Source of the DNA: Bacteriovoracaceae bacterium
GTDB lineage: Bacteria > Bdellovibrionota > Bacteriovoracia > Bacteriovoracales > Bacteriovoracaceae
Direction of reading: 5' to 3'
NCBI GenBank assembly: GCA_018649885.1
Contig: JABIHA010000142.1
Span: forward strand, 1 to 57,547
DNA length: 57,547 nt
In this document: one piece after another, positions 49,372-57,547 of the stretch
How positions within the stretch are numbered: the stretch's first letter is position 1
How the letters are laid out: every line of letters starts with the position of its first letter
The notes under the pieces: generated by a model
The model's database searches: none
Seen by the model: only the letters and a program-made list of their open reading frames with translations
What the model was told of the DNA's origin: nothing
Program-made: the position numbers and the translations under genes

Positions 49372-49407
49372 ACAAGGCAAACCAAGCTTTGCAATAGGTG
49401 TAAATTA

Positions 49408-50271
49408 GTGACCTTTACTAAGACCATGCCGGGCGCCAAGTTAGTTGTTTTGATTACCTTGTTAACTTCAGGTTGTTCGACCGTTGATATTAGGGACACC
49501 TTGGAGCACCTAAGCTCTAACAATCCAGACTCGGCCCTAAAAGCTAAGCAAATATTTAATCGTGTACTTACTAACTATGGTGCACATCAGTTTGACAAAA
49601 AATTTAATTTCGCTCGTGTCACCTATATGGATCAGTGGCACAACCTACCTGCCAAATTATTCAACTCTCCCTACAGTGATGACATGCTTGTACAATATGA
49701 GTTTCTGTTAAATACTTTTAACTCAAGACTTACATTTGTTGAAGGCCCAAAAAAAGGTGAGATTTGGGGAATTCAAAATTGGCTGACCTACAAGAAAAAG
49801 ATCGGAGATAGCTATAGGGCCAAACGAAATTTTAAAATCAAGTTTCACTTGCCTGCCCGCCAATTCTTCTTTGAACTTCCATTTATCCTTAGGCAATTTA
49901 AGTACTCTTACTACCTAGGAGAAGAACTAAAGGGAGAAACTCAGTACCATAAATTATTTTTCTCAAACTCCACATCCACTCTCAAAAACTCAGACCAATT
50001 CATCATTTACATTAATAAGAAGTCTCTAAATATAGATATGATTTATTACACTATTAGAGAATTGGGAGCTTCATTCAAAGGCGCAAACCATCTCTCCCAC
50101 TTTCAAAGGATCGATGGGGTATTAATCCCCTTTCATAGTGATATTTATTTTAGTCCAGAAAAGAAAACACAAGTCCATCAATTTAGAATTAAAAAAATTG
50201 AATTCAAGGCCTTTACGGAAAAAGAAAGTTTTTACCCTTTCCCTGGAAGATCTGATAGCTATACTTGGTAA
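49408..50271 (+). CDS. Lipoprotein of unknown function
   Basis: Lipobox TSGC; DGVLIPF beta-rich C-terminus. Confidence 0.6.
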   Translation: MTFTKTMPGAKLVVLITLLTSGCSTVDIRDTLEHLSSNNPDSALKAKQIFNRVLTNYGAHQFDKKFNFARVTYMDQWHNLPAKLFNSPYSDDMLVQYEFLLNTFNSRLTFVEGPKKGEIWGIQNWLTYKKKIGDSYRAKRNFKIKFHLPARQFFFELPFILRQFKYSYYLGEELKGETQYHKLFFSNSTSTLKNSDQFIIYINKKSLNIDMIYYTIRELGASFKGANHLSHFQRIDGVLIPFHSDIYFSPEKKTQVHQFRIKKIEFKAFTEKESFYPFPGRSDSYTW

Positions 50272-50274
50272 AAT

Positions 50275-51144
50275 TTAAAATAGATACCAGTCAAACCTAT
50301 AACCCATATAAAATCCCAATGAATTAAATTTCGAAAGCTTACTTGAGCGGTCCTTTTTTTCAAAAGCTCTAGTTCCCAAGTAAGTCTCAGAAAATTTAAG
50401 CTCTGAAAAAATCTTTTTTCCAAAAAAACGATAAAATGAAACTTGCCAAGTGGCTGCTACATGCCAGTTCTTCTCCTCTACGACTTCATTGAGTTTCCCA
50501 TTGAGGTACATAGGGCCTATTCCCAGCCTGGCCTTTAAACTTCCAATCTCTGGCATCGTGTGAAAAGTAACCTGAGTTGCCAGTTGTGGATTTGCAGCAA
50601 ATACATTCACCACACCATTCCAATTATAAATTGTAAGAGCGGGTCCCACACTAAATTTATAGCTGTTACTTTCATAGGGATATGACAAATGGGTGAAACT
50701 CACAGATTTAAAAGGAGAAAATGTCCCGCCTTTTTTCATGCTCCATTTAAACTCGCTTTTAGCTCTTCCCCCATCAATATCAAAAGTATCAAACTGAGCA
50801 AATTTTAATTTTATTGAGTCTGGAATAAAGTACAAGTACATTGATTTAGTTTTTCTGACCTTTACAGGTTTTGGAATATACTTGGGAAGGTTCTCTTTTA
50901 TATAAATATAATTTTCTACAGAAGCTTTTTTAACTTCATCAAATCCAAGTGAAGTTAAAGACAAGGTATTGTCCCAAACCTCATCAACTTGCTTTTCAAT
51001 TTGGGCCAAAGAGAGTGAATTCAATTCATCTAAGGATTGTTTCGCACCTGAAATGACTTGATCTAAGTCTACATTGTCAGCACCCAAGCACTCATGGTGG
51101 AAGAAAATGGCCATTAAAACCAATGGAAGAAGGCGTAGGCCCAC
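50275..51144 (-). CDS. Secreted protein with probable C-terminal beta-barrel
   Basis: Signal peptide; ends FYMGYRFDWYLF; 1-bp overlap with the upstream gene. Confidence 0.55.
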   Translation of the reverse strand: MGLRLLPLVLMAIFFHHECLGADNVDLDQVISGAKQSLDELNSLSLAQIEKQVDEVWDNTLSLTSLGFDEVKKASVENYIYIKENLPKYIPKPVKVRKTKSMYLYFIPDSIKLKFAQFDTFDIDGGRAKSEFKWSMKKGGTFSPFKSVSFTHLSYPYESNSYKFSVGPALTIYNWNGVVNVFAANPQLATQVTFHTMPEIGSLKARLGIGPMYLNGKLNEVVEEKNWHVAATWQVSFYRFFGKKIFSELKFSETYLGTRAFEKKDRSSKLSKFNSLGFYMGYRFDWYLF

Positions 51145-52220
51145 TACTTAGCTACTGGTACAAAAGATAAGGCCTTCACTGGGCATATATCAATACAGCC
51201 CCCACACCCTATACAAGGAGCATTGCTTAGACCAAAAGAGCCTAGAGTCGGTTTTTTATCTTTATGGGCGTAACTATCAACTGCTATTCCCATGGGACAG
51301 GCCTTAGTACAAAGGTCAAGACCTTTGCACGATTCACCTGCTTGAACTTTAAACTTTGATCCCACATAACGCCCAAATAGCTCCATGAACTTGGCCAGAG
51401 GACAACCGTAGCGACACCACATCCGGGTTCCAAAGAGAGGATAGGCCCCAACACCAATTAGAGCGCCAAATATAAAATCAACAATAAACTCTTGGTAGAG
51501 CAGAAATCCCTCGCTTAAAGTGCTAGAGGAAAAGACCCCTAGGAGGTCAATAAATAAAACTCCTCCGTATATGAAGGCAAAAGAGAGGAAAACAGTTTGC
51601 AGGCTTTCCATTTTTTTTGCCAGATCTCCCCTTGGGGTTTTAAATTTAACCCATCCACTTCCCCACTTGGTTATTCCAATTGTTTCGGCCAAATTTCCAC
51701 AGGCACAAAACCATGAGCAATATCTTTTTCCAAAAAACCAAACTGATAGAGGCACCAAAACAAAAATATATAAAAACCCTCCCCAAGATGTAAAAGCTCT
51801 TGAGATATAAATATAAGCATTTTTATTCACGGGGGTAATAGGGTCACTAAAAAAACCATGAGAGGAGCTAAAGGCCGGAATAATATAAGGGACTATGAAA
51901 AAAAAGATCAATTGAATAAAAAAGATACTGATAAATTTATTTCTCTGATAGGACACCAAAGGATTTTTCTTACCCTTTTTATAAGGAGAGCTTCCAGACA
52001 AAATCACTTTAAGGGCAAGTGAGCAAACAATAAGAGTGTAAATAAGAGAATACCAAAACGAAGGATGCTTCCCTAGAAAATACAAGGACTGCTGGTTTTC
52101 AAAGAGTCCCAACTTGATAAAAAAATCAGGGTATTTATAGATAGAATATCCAAATACCACTATAGGAAAATATAAAACTAGAAATATCATTTCAGCGGAG
52201 GTTCTTTTTAAATTCTTCAT
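51144..52220 (-). CDS. Membrane 4Fe-4S binding protein (NapH/MauN-like)
   Basis: GKRYCSWFC, WCRYGCP, CKGLDLCTKACP, CIGCGGCIDICP. Confidence 0.85.
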   Translation of the reverse strand: MKNLKRTSAEMIFLVLYFPIVVFGYSIYKYPDFFIKLGLFENQQSLYFLGKHPSFWYSLIYTLIVCSLALKVILSGSSPYKKGKKNPLVSYQRNKFISIFFIQLIFFFIVPYIIPAFSSSHGFFSDPITPVNKNAYIYISRAFTSWGGFLYIFVLVPLSVWFFGKRYCSWFCACGNLAETIGITKWGSGWVKFKTPRGDLAKKMESLQTVFLSFAFIYGGVLFIDLLGVFSSSTLSEGFLLYQEFIVDFIFGALIGVGAYPLFGTRMWCRYGCPLAKFMELFGRYVGSKFKVQAGESCKGLDLCTKACPMGIAVDSYAHKDKKPTLGSFGLSNAPCIGCGGCIDICPVKALSFVPVAK

Positions 52221-52384
52221 ATTAACTGTTCACCCAAGTAACTCGATAAATTAGACCTACCAATAGATTACAGGGGATTAGCGAGTAGGTCACTTGTATT
52301 TGGACTATGCGCCCTGCAAAACTCAAGTTTTCAAACTCACGTTTATCTACATTCTGATCGGTATTTCACTAAATTTGCAGTTTT

Positions 52385-52412
52385 TGTTTGCAAACACTGT
52401 TTTGTGCAAACA
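52385..52412. promoter_or_regulatory. Putative operator: palindrome TGTTTGCAAACA plus TGCAAACA
   Basis: 52385-52396 and 52405-52412. Confidence 0.55.
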
Positions 52413-52492
52413 CAGATGTTTCAGTCCCATTGACCGTATTTTCTATTTTTTCTAAAACATTATTAACGAAACTCTTTGATAAGGAGAGAGCA

Positions 52493-53080
52493 ATGAGGTT
52501 TCAAACAATTTTATTTTCACTTTTATTTTCAATACCTGGTTATTCATTTTTTGCAGACGATATAAGTATCGGAACTCCAAGCGTCGCCGGCAGTGGTTGC
52601 CCAGCAGGTACAGCAGACATTAGCTTTAGTCCAAATAGTGCTAGTGGCCTAAAAATAAACTTAGATGGTTTTATAGTTGAAGCCGGAGGCTTTACTGGGA
52701 GAACAATCTCAAGAAAAGGTTGCAACCTGGCCTTCCCTGTTCATGTGCCACAAGGATTTTCTGTCTCAATGACTAACCCAACGATCCCAGGTTATGCATA
52801 CCTGTCAAAGGGTAGCTATGCCAGAATTAGCACAAGCTATTTTTTTGCAGGCGCGCGTGGTCCCTCTAATACAAAAATATTGAAAGGGTCCTATAATGAT
52901 GACTTTAAAATAAGGCCATCTTACTCTGTAGGCGCAATGAGCTGGAGTCGTTGTGGAGCTGATGTCACAATCAGAGTTAAAATCTCTGCCATGCTTAGAG
53001 CAAAAAGTAGAAATCAAGATGCATTTCTAGTTATAGATAGTTTCAAGGTACCAGCTTTACAATTTAGAAGGTGCCGCTAA
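52493..53080 (+). CDS. Secreted DUF4360-like protein
   Basis: AAGGAG RBS; signal peptide; GSGCPAG, RKGCNL, VPQGFS, WSRCG. Confidence 0.8.
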   Translation: MRFQTILFSLLFSIPGYSFFADDISIGTPSVAGSGCPAGTADISFSPNSASGLKINLDGFIVEAGGFTGRTISRKGCNLAFPVHVPQGFSVSMTNPTIPGYAYLSKGSYARISTSYFFAGARGPSNTKILKGSYNDDFKIRPSYSVGAMSWSRCGADVTIRVKISAMLRAKSRNQDAFLVIDSFKVPALQFRRCR

Positions 53081-53094
53081 CACAAACACAAGCT

Positions 53095-53126
53095 AAAAGT
53101 GGAGTCATAGGGACTCCACTTTTTTT
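53095..53126 (+). terminator. Intrinsic terminator
   Basis: aaaagtggagtc-atagg-gactccacttttttt. Confidence 0.85.
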
Positions 53127-53187
53127 CCCATTTCAAACATTAAATTTACGCAAATTGTCTAATTCATTGATTTAACAACGCAAAAGG

Positions 53188-53224
53188 TGTTTGCAAGTAT
53201 AGAGGTGCAAACAACTTGTTTGCA
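53188..53224. promoter_or_regulatory. Putative operator: three TGTTTGCA boxes in alternating orientation
   Basis: 53188-53195, 53206-53213 (reverse), 53217-53224. Confidence 0.55.
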
Positions 53225-53267
53225 AAATAGCAGGTCACAAATTAAAAAAGTCTAGGGAGGAGAAGTC

Positions 53268-54116
53268 TTGAAAGATACTGAAGCAAAAGAGCAATTCAAA
53301 GTTTTTCTTCAAGGTATGTTTGAAGAGTGTAAACTCAAAAACCCGTCCTATTCATTAAGGGCCTTTGCAAAAAAAATTGGTATTGCACCTTCGACAACTT
53401 CCCAAGTATTAAGCGGAAAAAGAAATCTATCTTTTCCTATGGCAAAAAAGATTACTGAGAGATTAGCACTTAGTCTGGAGCAAGAAAAAAAATTACTTCT
53501 CCCCTATATTCAAGGAAGACCCTACAGTAAGGATGTCACTCGCGACATGATGAAGACAAGTTACTCTAAGCTGAGTGAGGCCCAGTTTGATGTAATTTCC
53601 AAATGGTATCATTTTGCAATTTTAAGCTTAATGGAGCTTGGTGATTATGAGAACTTTAGTGAATATAAAGACGCCGTGATATGGATGGCCCGAAAAATCA
53701 ATATGCCTCAAAGTACAATTAAAAATGCTCTATCTAAACTTCAAATTTTAGGGCTTATTCAAATTGATATTGAAGCTGGATCCAAACCAGAAATAACAGG
53801 TCAATCATTTACTTCTACAGACGAGGTTGAGAGTAGCGCAGTTAAAAAGGCCCACTGTGACAGCTTCTCTCTGGCCACAAGATCACTTATGGAAGACAAG
53901 CTAGAAGTTCGAGATTTCAACTCAATGACTCTAGCGATTAACCCCAGTCAAATACCAAAGGCCAAACAAATTATTAGAAAATGCTTAGATGAGCTTGATG
54001 TAATACTAGCCCAGGGATGTAAAGAGGAAGTTTACCATGTAAGCGTTCAACTCTTTCCACTCACTGAGTTAAAGAGGGAGACACAAGACAGACTCAACAA
54101 GGAGAGTAGCAGATGA
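53268..54116 (+). CDS. TIGR02147/DUF4423-type HTH protein
   Basis: NPSYSLRAFAKKIG...LSGKR, WYHFAIL, RDFNSMTLAI, VYHVSVQLFPL. Confidence 0.9.
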   Translation: MKDTEAKEQFKVFLQGMFEECKLKNPSYSLRAFAKKIGIAPSTTSQVLSGKRNLSFPMAKKITERLALSLEQEKKLLLPYIQGRPYSKDVTRDMMKTSYSKLSEAQFDVISKWYHFAILSLMELGDYENFSEYKDAVIWMARKINMPQSTIKNALSKLQILGLIQIDIEAGSKPEITGQSFTSTDEVESSAVKKAHCDSFSLATRSLMEDKLEVRDFNSMTLAINPSQIPKAKQIIRKCLDELDVILAQGCKEEVYHVSVQLFPLTELKRETQDRLNKESSR

Positions 54117-55114
54117 GAAGCCAGATCAAATTAATTTTTTACCAATTCATTGTTTTTACAATTATCTCACCAGCATATTCGGGACACCGAGTAGGAAACG
54201 GAGGAGATTTAATCAGGGCAAACTTTATTGCCACAGGCAACCAAGTAGTAAAATTCTTACTCGCCCAAAAACCATCTTTTTTAGAAGAGATGGGGCTTAG
54301 TGAGGATTCACTTCAACAAGTTTTAGACTACCAGCAACTCGAAGTAAGTGAATTGCCACTAATAGACAATTCTGGATCCTTAGTCGATGCCTTGGGAGTA
54401 CCAGGCAAGATCACATTAAATAAATCGGCTTGGATTGGTCATTTTGAGAATCTAAGAGATATTTATTTTCTAGTCTTTCACGAAATGCTTAGAAGTCTTG
54501 GAGTTGATGATGACAATTACAAAATCTCCAATGCCCTTCTACCTTTTCCGGATGATTTCAAAATTGATACTAGATTTAATACGGATATACCGCTAGATGA
54601 CCACCAGAAACTCAAAAATATCCTGGAAACTGACAATGTCATTTTGGCCGGTCCAGGCTGTAAAAAATCAAAAGGCCGTAGCTTTTTTGATATTGACTGG
54701 AATAAAAATATTTTGAGGGTCACATTAAAGGACATGAGCGCTAAGCAAAGTGCAAGGACTTACCAAAGAGTAGGCTGTTATATGGCGCTACCCATAAAGG
54801 GAATTGCCGGAAAAAAACTCACAATTGGCATGGTGGATATTTATAGCCGAAATACATTGGCCCATAACGATTCGTCCAAGTTGTTTATGAGTATTTATAC
54901 CGTATCAAGCAAGCCTTCACTCAAGATTACCAAAACGATTAAAACCCAAGGCCCCAGCAGGACCTTGACTAGGTCACCTATCTCTTTTGTTTCAGGCTGT
55001 GGTGAAACGAGTATTTTGAGATCGAATCTTGGTCTATTTCTGAAAAATAAGTCAGGTAATGCCAGCTCAAATGTAGAAAAAATTGAATTCTACCTGAGTC
55101 TTGAGGACTGCTAA
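54113..55114 (+). CDS. Secreted 'GNGGD' protein with C-terminal DUF4360-like domain
   Basis: Signal peptide then GHRVGNGGD; FHEML; GPGC...RVGC...SGCG; ATGA overlap with the regulator gene. Confidence 0.65.
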   Translation: MRSQIKLIFYQFIVFTIISPAYSGHRVGNGGDLIRANFIATGNQVVKFLLAQKPSFLEEMGLSEDSLQQVLDYQQLEVSELPLIDNSGSLVDALGVPGKITLNKSAWIGHFENLRDIYFLVFHEMLRSLGVDDDNYKISNALLPFPDDFKIDTRFNTDIPLDDHQKLKNILETDNVILAGPGCKKSKGRSFFDIDWNKNILRVTLKDMSAKQSARTYQRVGCYMALPIKGIAGKKLTIGMVDIYSRNTLAHNDSSKLFMSIYTVSSKPSLKITKTIKTQGPSRTLTRSPISFVSGCGETSILRSNLGLFLKNKSGNASSNVEKIEFYLSLEDC

Positions 55115-55239
55115 TAGGATACTAACAAGCGGCGCTACTCGCATAAGAAAAAAATTGATGCGAAATAATTGATAGTAAATCTCTAGAGGACCCGTTCCAT
55201 GGCGGCTCAAAAAATAGCAGCCACTCCAGGGTGGAGCCC

Positions 55240-55742
55240 TTAATTTTTTTGGTAGGTTCCAATAATTTCAACTTTCTTGATGATAATATCCTTTATCTCA
55301 TTTAAGAGTTGATTTTTGGTTAGCCCAGCTGGAAGATTCGTTTTTTTACTGAGAGCGTAGAGCTTGAAAAAATAGCGATGTCGTCCAATGGGTGGACATG
55401 GGCTTCCATGGCCAATGGTTTTAAAATCTGTCGTTCCCTGCTTGATTCCCTCTTTTGAGATTTTGTTTTTTTGAAGTCCACTTTCTGAAAGTGAACGTAC
55501 ACTTGGAGAAATATCGTATACCACCAAGTGCACCCAGGTAATTTTTGGGTTGCCAGGATCTGGAGCATCGGGATCATTTGCGACAATCGCCAAGCTTTTT
55601 GTATTTCCAGGCAAACCTTTCCAGCTTAACTGTGGAGATCCCCCATATGCGCAAAAGACTTGGATTGAATGCTAAAGCTCTTTGCCTGTCCTACAGAAGC
55701 CTGGATAACACAAAGTAGAGTTAATAAGAGGGTACTTGTCAT
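55240..55742 (-). pseudogene. YbhB/YbcL (PEBP) family gene with an internal deletion/frameshift near 55638
   Basis: GGAG RBS, then MTSTLLL...FSIQSKSFAHMGD in one frame; SPQLSW...DPDAP...WVH...PCPP.GRHRY in another; the usual IP..YTC.G segment is absent. Confidence 0.75.
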
Positions 55743-56445
55743 GATCTTGTCTCCTTTTTCATATATTTCTCCAACGGTTATTATTTATTTACCATTGATA
55801 TTGTCTGCGCGGAAGAAGGTCAATGCAAAGAGATTAGTTTACTCGGAGTTCAAATATTTGTTATCAATTTTGCAAGCAAAAAAGTAGTGGGATCTGTTTA
55901 ATTGGCGAACCCATGACCTGCTTTCTTTTTCAGCCATTTTTAAATAAAGATAAAGCTTTATGACAAAATCTACTTAATTTGTCATTGATATCTGCCTTTG
56001 AAACCAAGCTTCTTCGATTTATAAAAAATAATGTTGAATATTATGAAATTTCGGAAGATTACTCTCTTGATAACTAGTAGAACTTAGAAGCTTCACCAAT
56101 TGTTGTTGCCAAATTCGAAAACGACATCGAGACCAGCAATCCTTCTTTTTATTAAGTGAACGCCAATAAAAATTTGGTTTATCGATATCGATAATGACAG
56201 TCTCAACCTGCCATTTTTCTGGGAGCAACGATAGTTGCGAGCAATGGGGCAAAAGCGCGGTAGTTGGCGTTCCTCCGCACATGAATCTAAAATGATGACC
56301 TTCGGTCCGAAAGCTTGCGCTTTCAGCCTAGGCTTCACATATAGAGCTCTGAAATCATTTTCATACGTGACGTATCCTTGACAACAGTGCCCTACTATCC
56401 CTCAGGGTTTTCTTTTGCTAATGCTTTTTCTTTCCTTTTATATAG

Positions 56446-57085
56446 TCATTTAAGTTTGGGATCATTATATTTTGCTTTTTCAACATCTGATCTTTTTGCA
56501 TCTGGATTTTTTCTTCTATATTTTTCAGAAAGACGAAGTCCTCTAAGCCCAGCTTTTTTGTCTAAAATTTCAGACTTGCTATCACCTTTGTAACGCCCAG
56601 AATTATACTTATCAGCTATCTTTGATTTCCGTCTTTTTAGCTTTTGATAGCGTCTATCATTTTCTCTTGTAGTATCATAACTATGGTTTAGTTTTCTCAC
56701 GTATTTGATTTCCAAACGATCTTCTCTTTTTGATTCTTTATCCATAACTCTATTGACTTTACGCTCTAAGCTTCGCTGTTTACGAGTTGTATTTCTTCGG
56801 TAGGTTTTCTTTCGTTCTCTTTTAGCTTGGCGAGTATCTCTTTATCTTTTGTGATCTCTCTTTTCTTGTTAACTCTTCTCGATCTTTTTTTCGACTTTCT
56901 CTTCTTGAATCAGAAAACTTTTTTTTAGTTGCTTTTCTTTGTGTTCGAATTTCTTTTCTATTTTGTCTAAGTTCTAGCTTTTCAGCAGATGTTTTTTTGA
57001 CCCTTTTTACACCGGAACTATTAAATAACCCTCCATATGCAGGCAACATCACCAATATTAAACATATTGTAACGATGAACTTCAT
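56446..57085 (-). pseudogene. Secreted Lys/Arg-rich protein split by a frameshift near 56842
   Basis: The signal-peptide ORF continues in another frame as RDTRQAKRERKK...VNRVMDKES with the same composition. Confidence 0.6.
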
Positions 57086-57132
57086 ACATTCTCCCCAAGC
57101 CTGTCTGGGTCTATAATATCATTATTTCGAAT

Positions 57133-57450
57133 TTGCTTTTTTTAACAAAAGGTTTCGCATTTCTCAGTATTTCTAAAAATCCAGAAAGAAAAGAACAGAG
57201 GATTCAAAGAAAAACTGAAAAAATAAGGCTTAAAAATACAAACAAAAGAGCTAGGTTAAGAAAACGAGCAAAAAGGGCTCACGCCAAGGAAACGGATGCA
57301 TTTTATGACCAGAATGTGAAACGAGCTACAAGAAAAGAGACAAAATGGGGAAAGAAATATAATAAGCTTAATAATAAAGCTCTAGATGTAAATACTAGAA
57401 GTCTACGTGGTTTTAGCAGTCCAATAGTCACCCGGGTAAGTGCCATTTAA
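57133..57450 (+). CDS. Lys/Arg-rich protein, probably 5'-truncated
   Basis: In-frame upstream IIISNLLFLTKGFA resembles a signal-peptide remnant, but there is no ATG or RBS before the in-frame stop at 57076. Confidence 0.4.
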   Translation: MLFLTKGFAFLSISKNPERKEQRIQRKTEKIRLKNTNKRARLRKRAKRAHAKETDAFYDQNVKRATRKETKWGKKYNKLNNKALDVNTRSLRGFSSPIVTRVSAI

Positions 57451-57547
57451 CGGCCTAAAAGTCACCCACCTCACATTTTGATATGACACGAAGCTTAATA
57501 GCATCCCGTTGTATCGGAGGAGGAGTGATTAGTATGGATATGTATGA

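Noticed and set aside
1280..54735. Numerous 60-140 aa antisense or nested ORFs in the track
   Set aside because: They are shadows of well-supported genes, with no motifs or RBS.

Overview
A chromosomal window from an AT-rich bacterium, most likely Bdellovibrionota (Bacteriovoracia-like). This is an inference from two TIGR02147/DUF4423 HTH proteins, DUF4360 and 'GNGGD' secreted proteins, a minimal 276-aa flagellin and a degenerate HD-GYP protein. Housekeeping genes (yggS, glpX, pgsA, serB, ribE-ribBA-ribH, RRM protein) are interleaved with many secreted, outer-membrane and signalling genes. I found no rRNA, tRNA, CRISPR array, integrase, transposase or reverse transcriptase. The best leads are: (1) a GH3 acyl-amido synthetase plus an atypical enolase-superfamily enzyme, divergent from a heme-oxygenase-fold gene and near a lipase, as a candidate amide or lipoamino-acid pathway; (2) repeated TGTTTGCA boxes upstream of both a TIGR02147 regulator and a DUF4360 gene, a candidate operator for an uncharacterised regulator family; (3) a FadL + 1541-aa lipoprotein + START-like cluster; (4) a 109-bp TA-bounded palindromic element next to a C-rich-loop sRNA candidate; (5) a 1407-aa cadherin-like/CLec-fold surface lipoprotein; (6) a sphingomyelin-synthase-like enzyme; (7) three small ORFs missing from the ORF track, and several frameshifted or deleted genes. 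All family calls come from motif recognition by eye, not from database searches.
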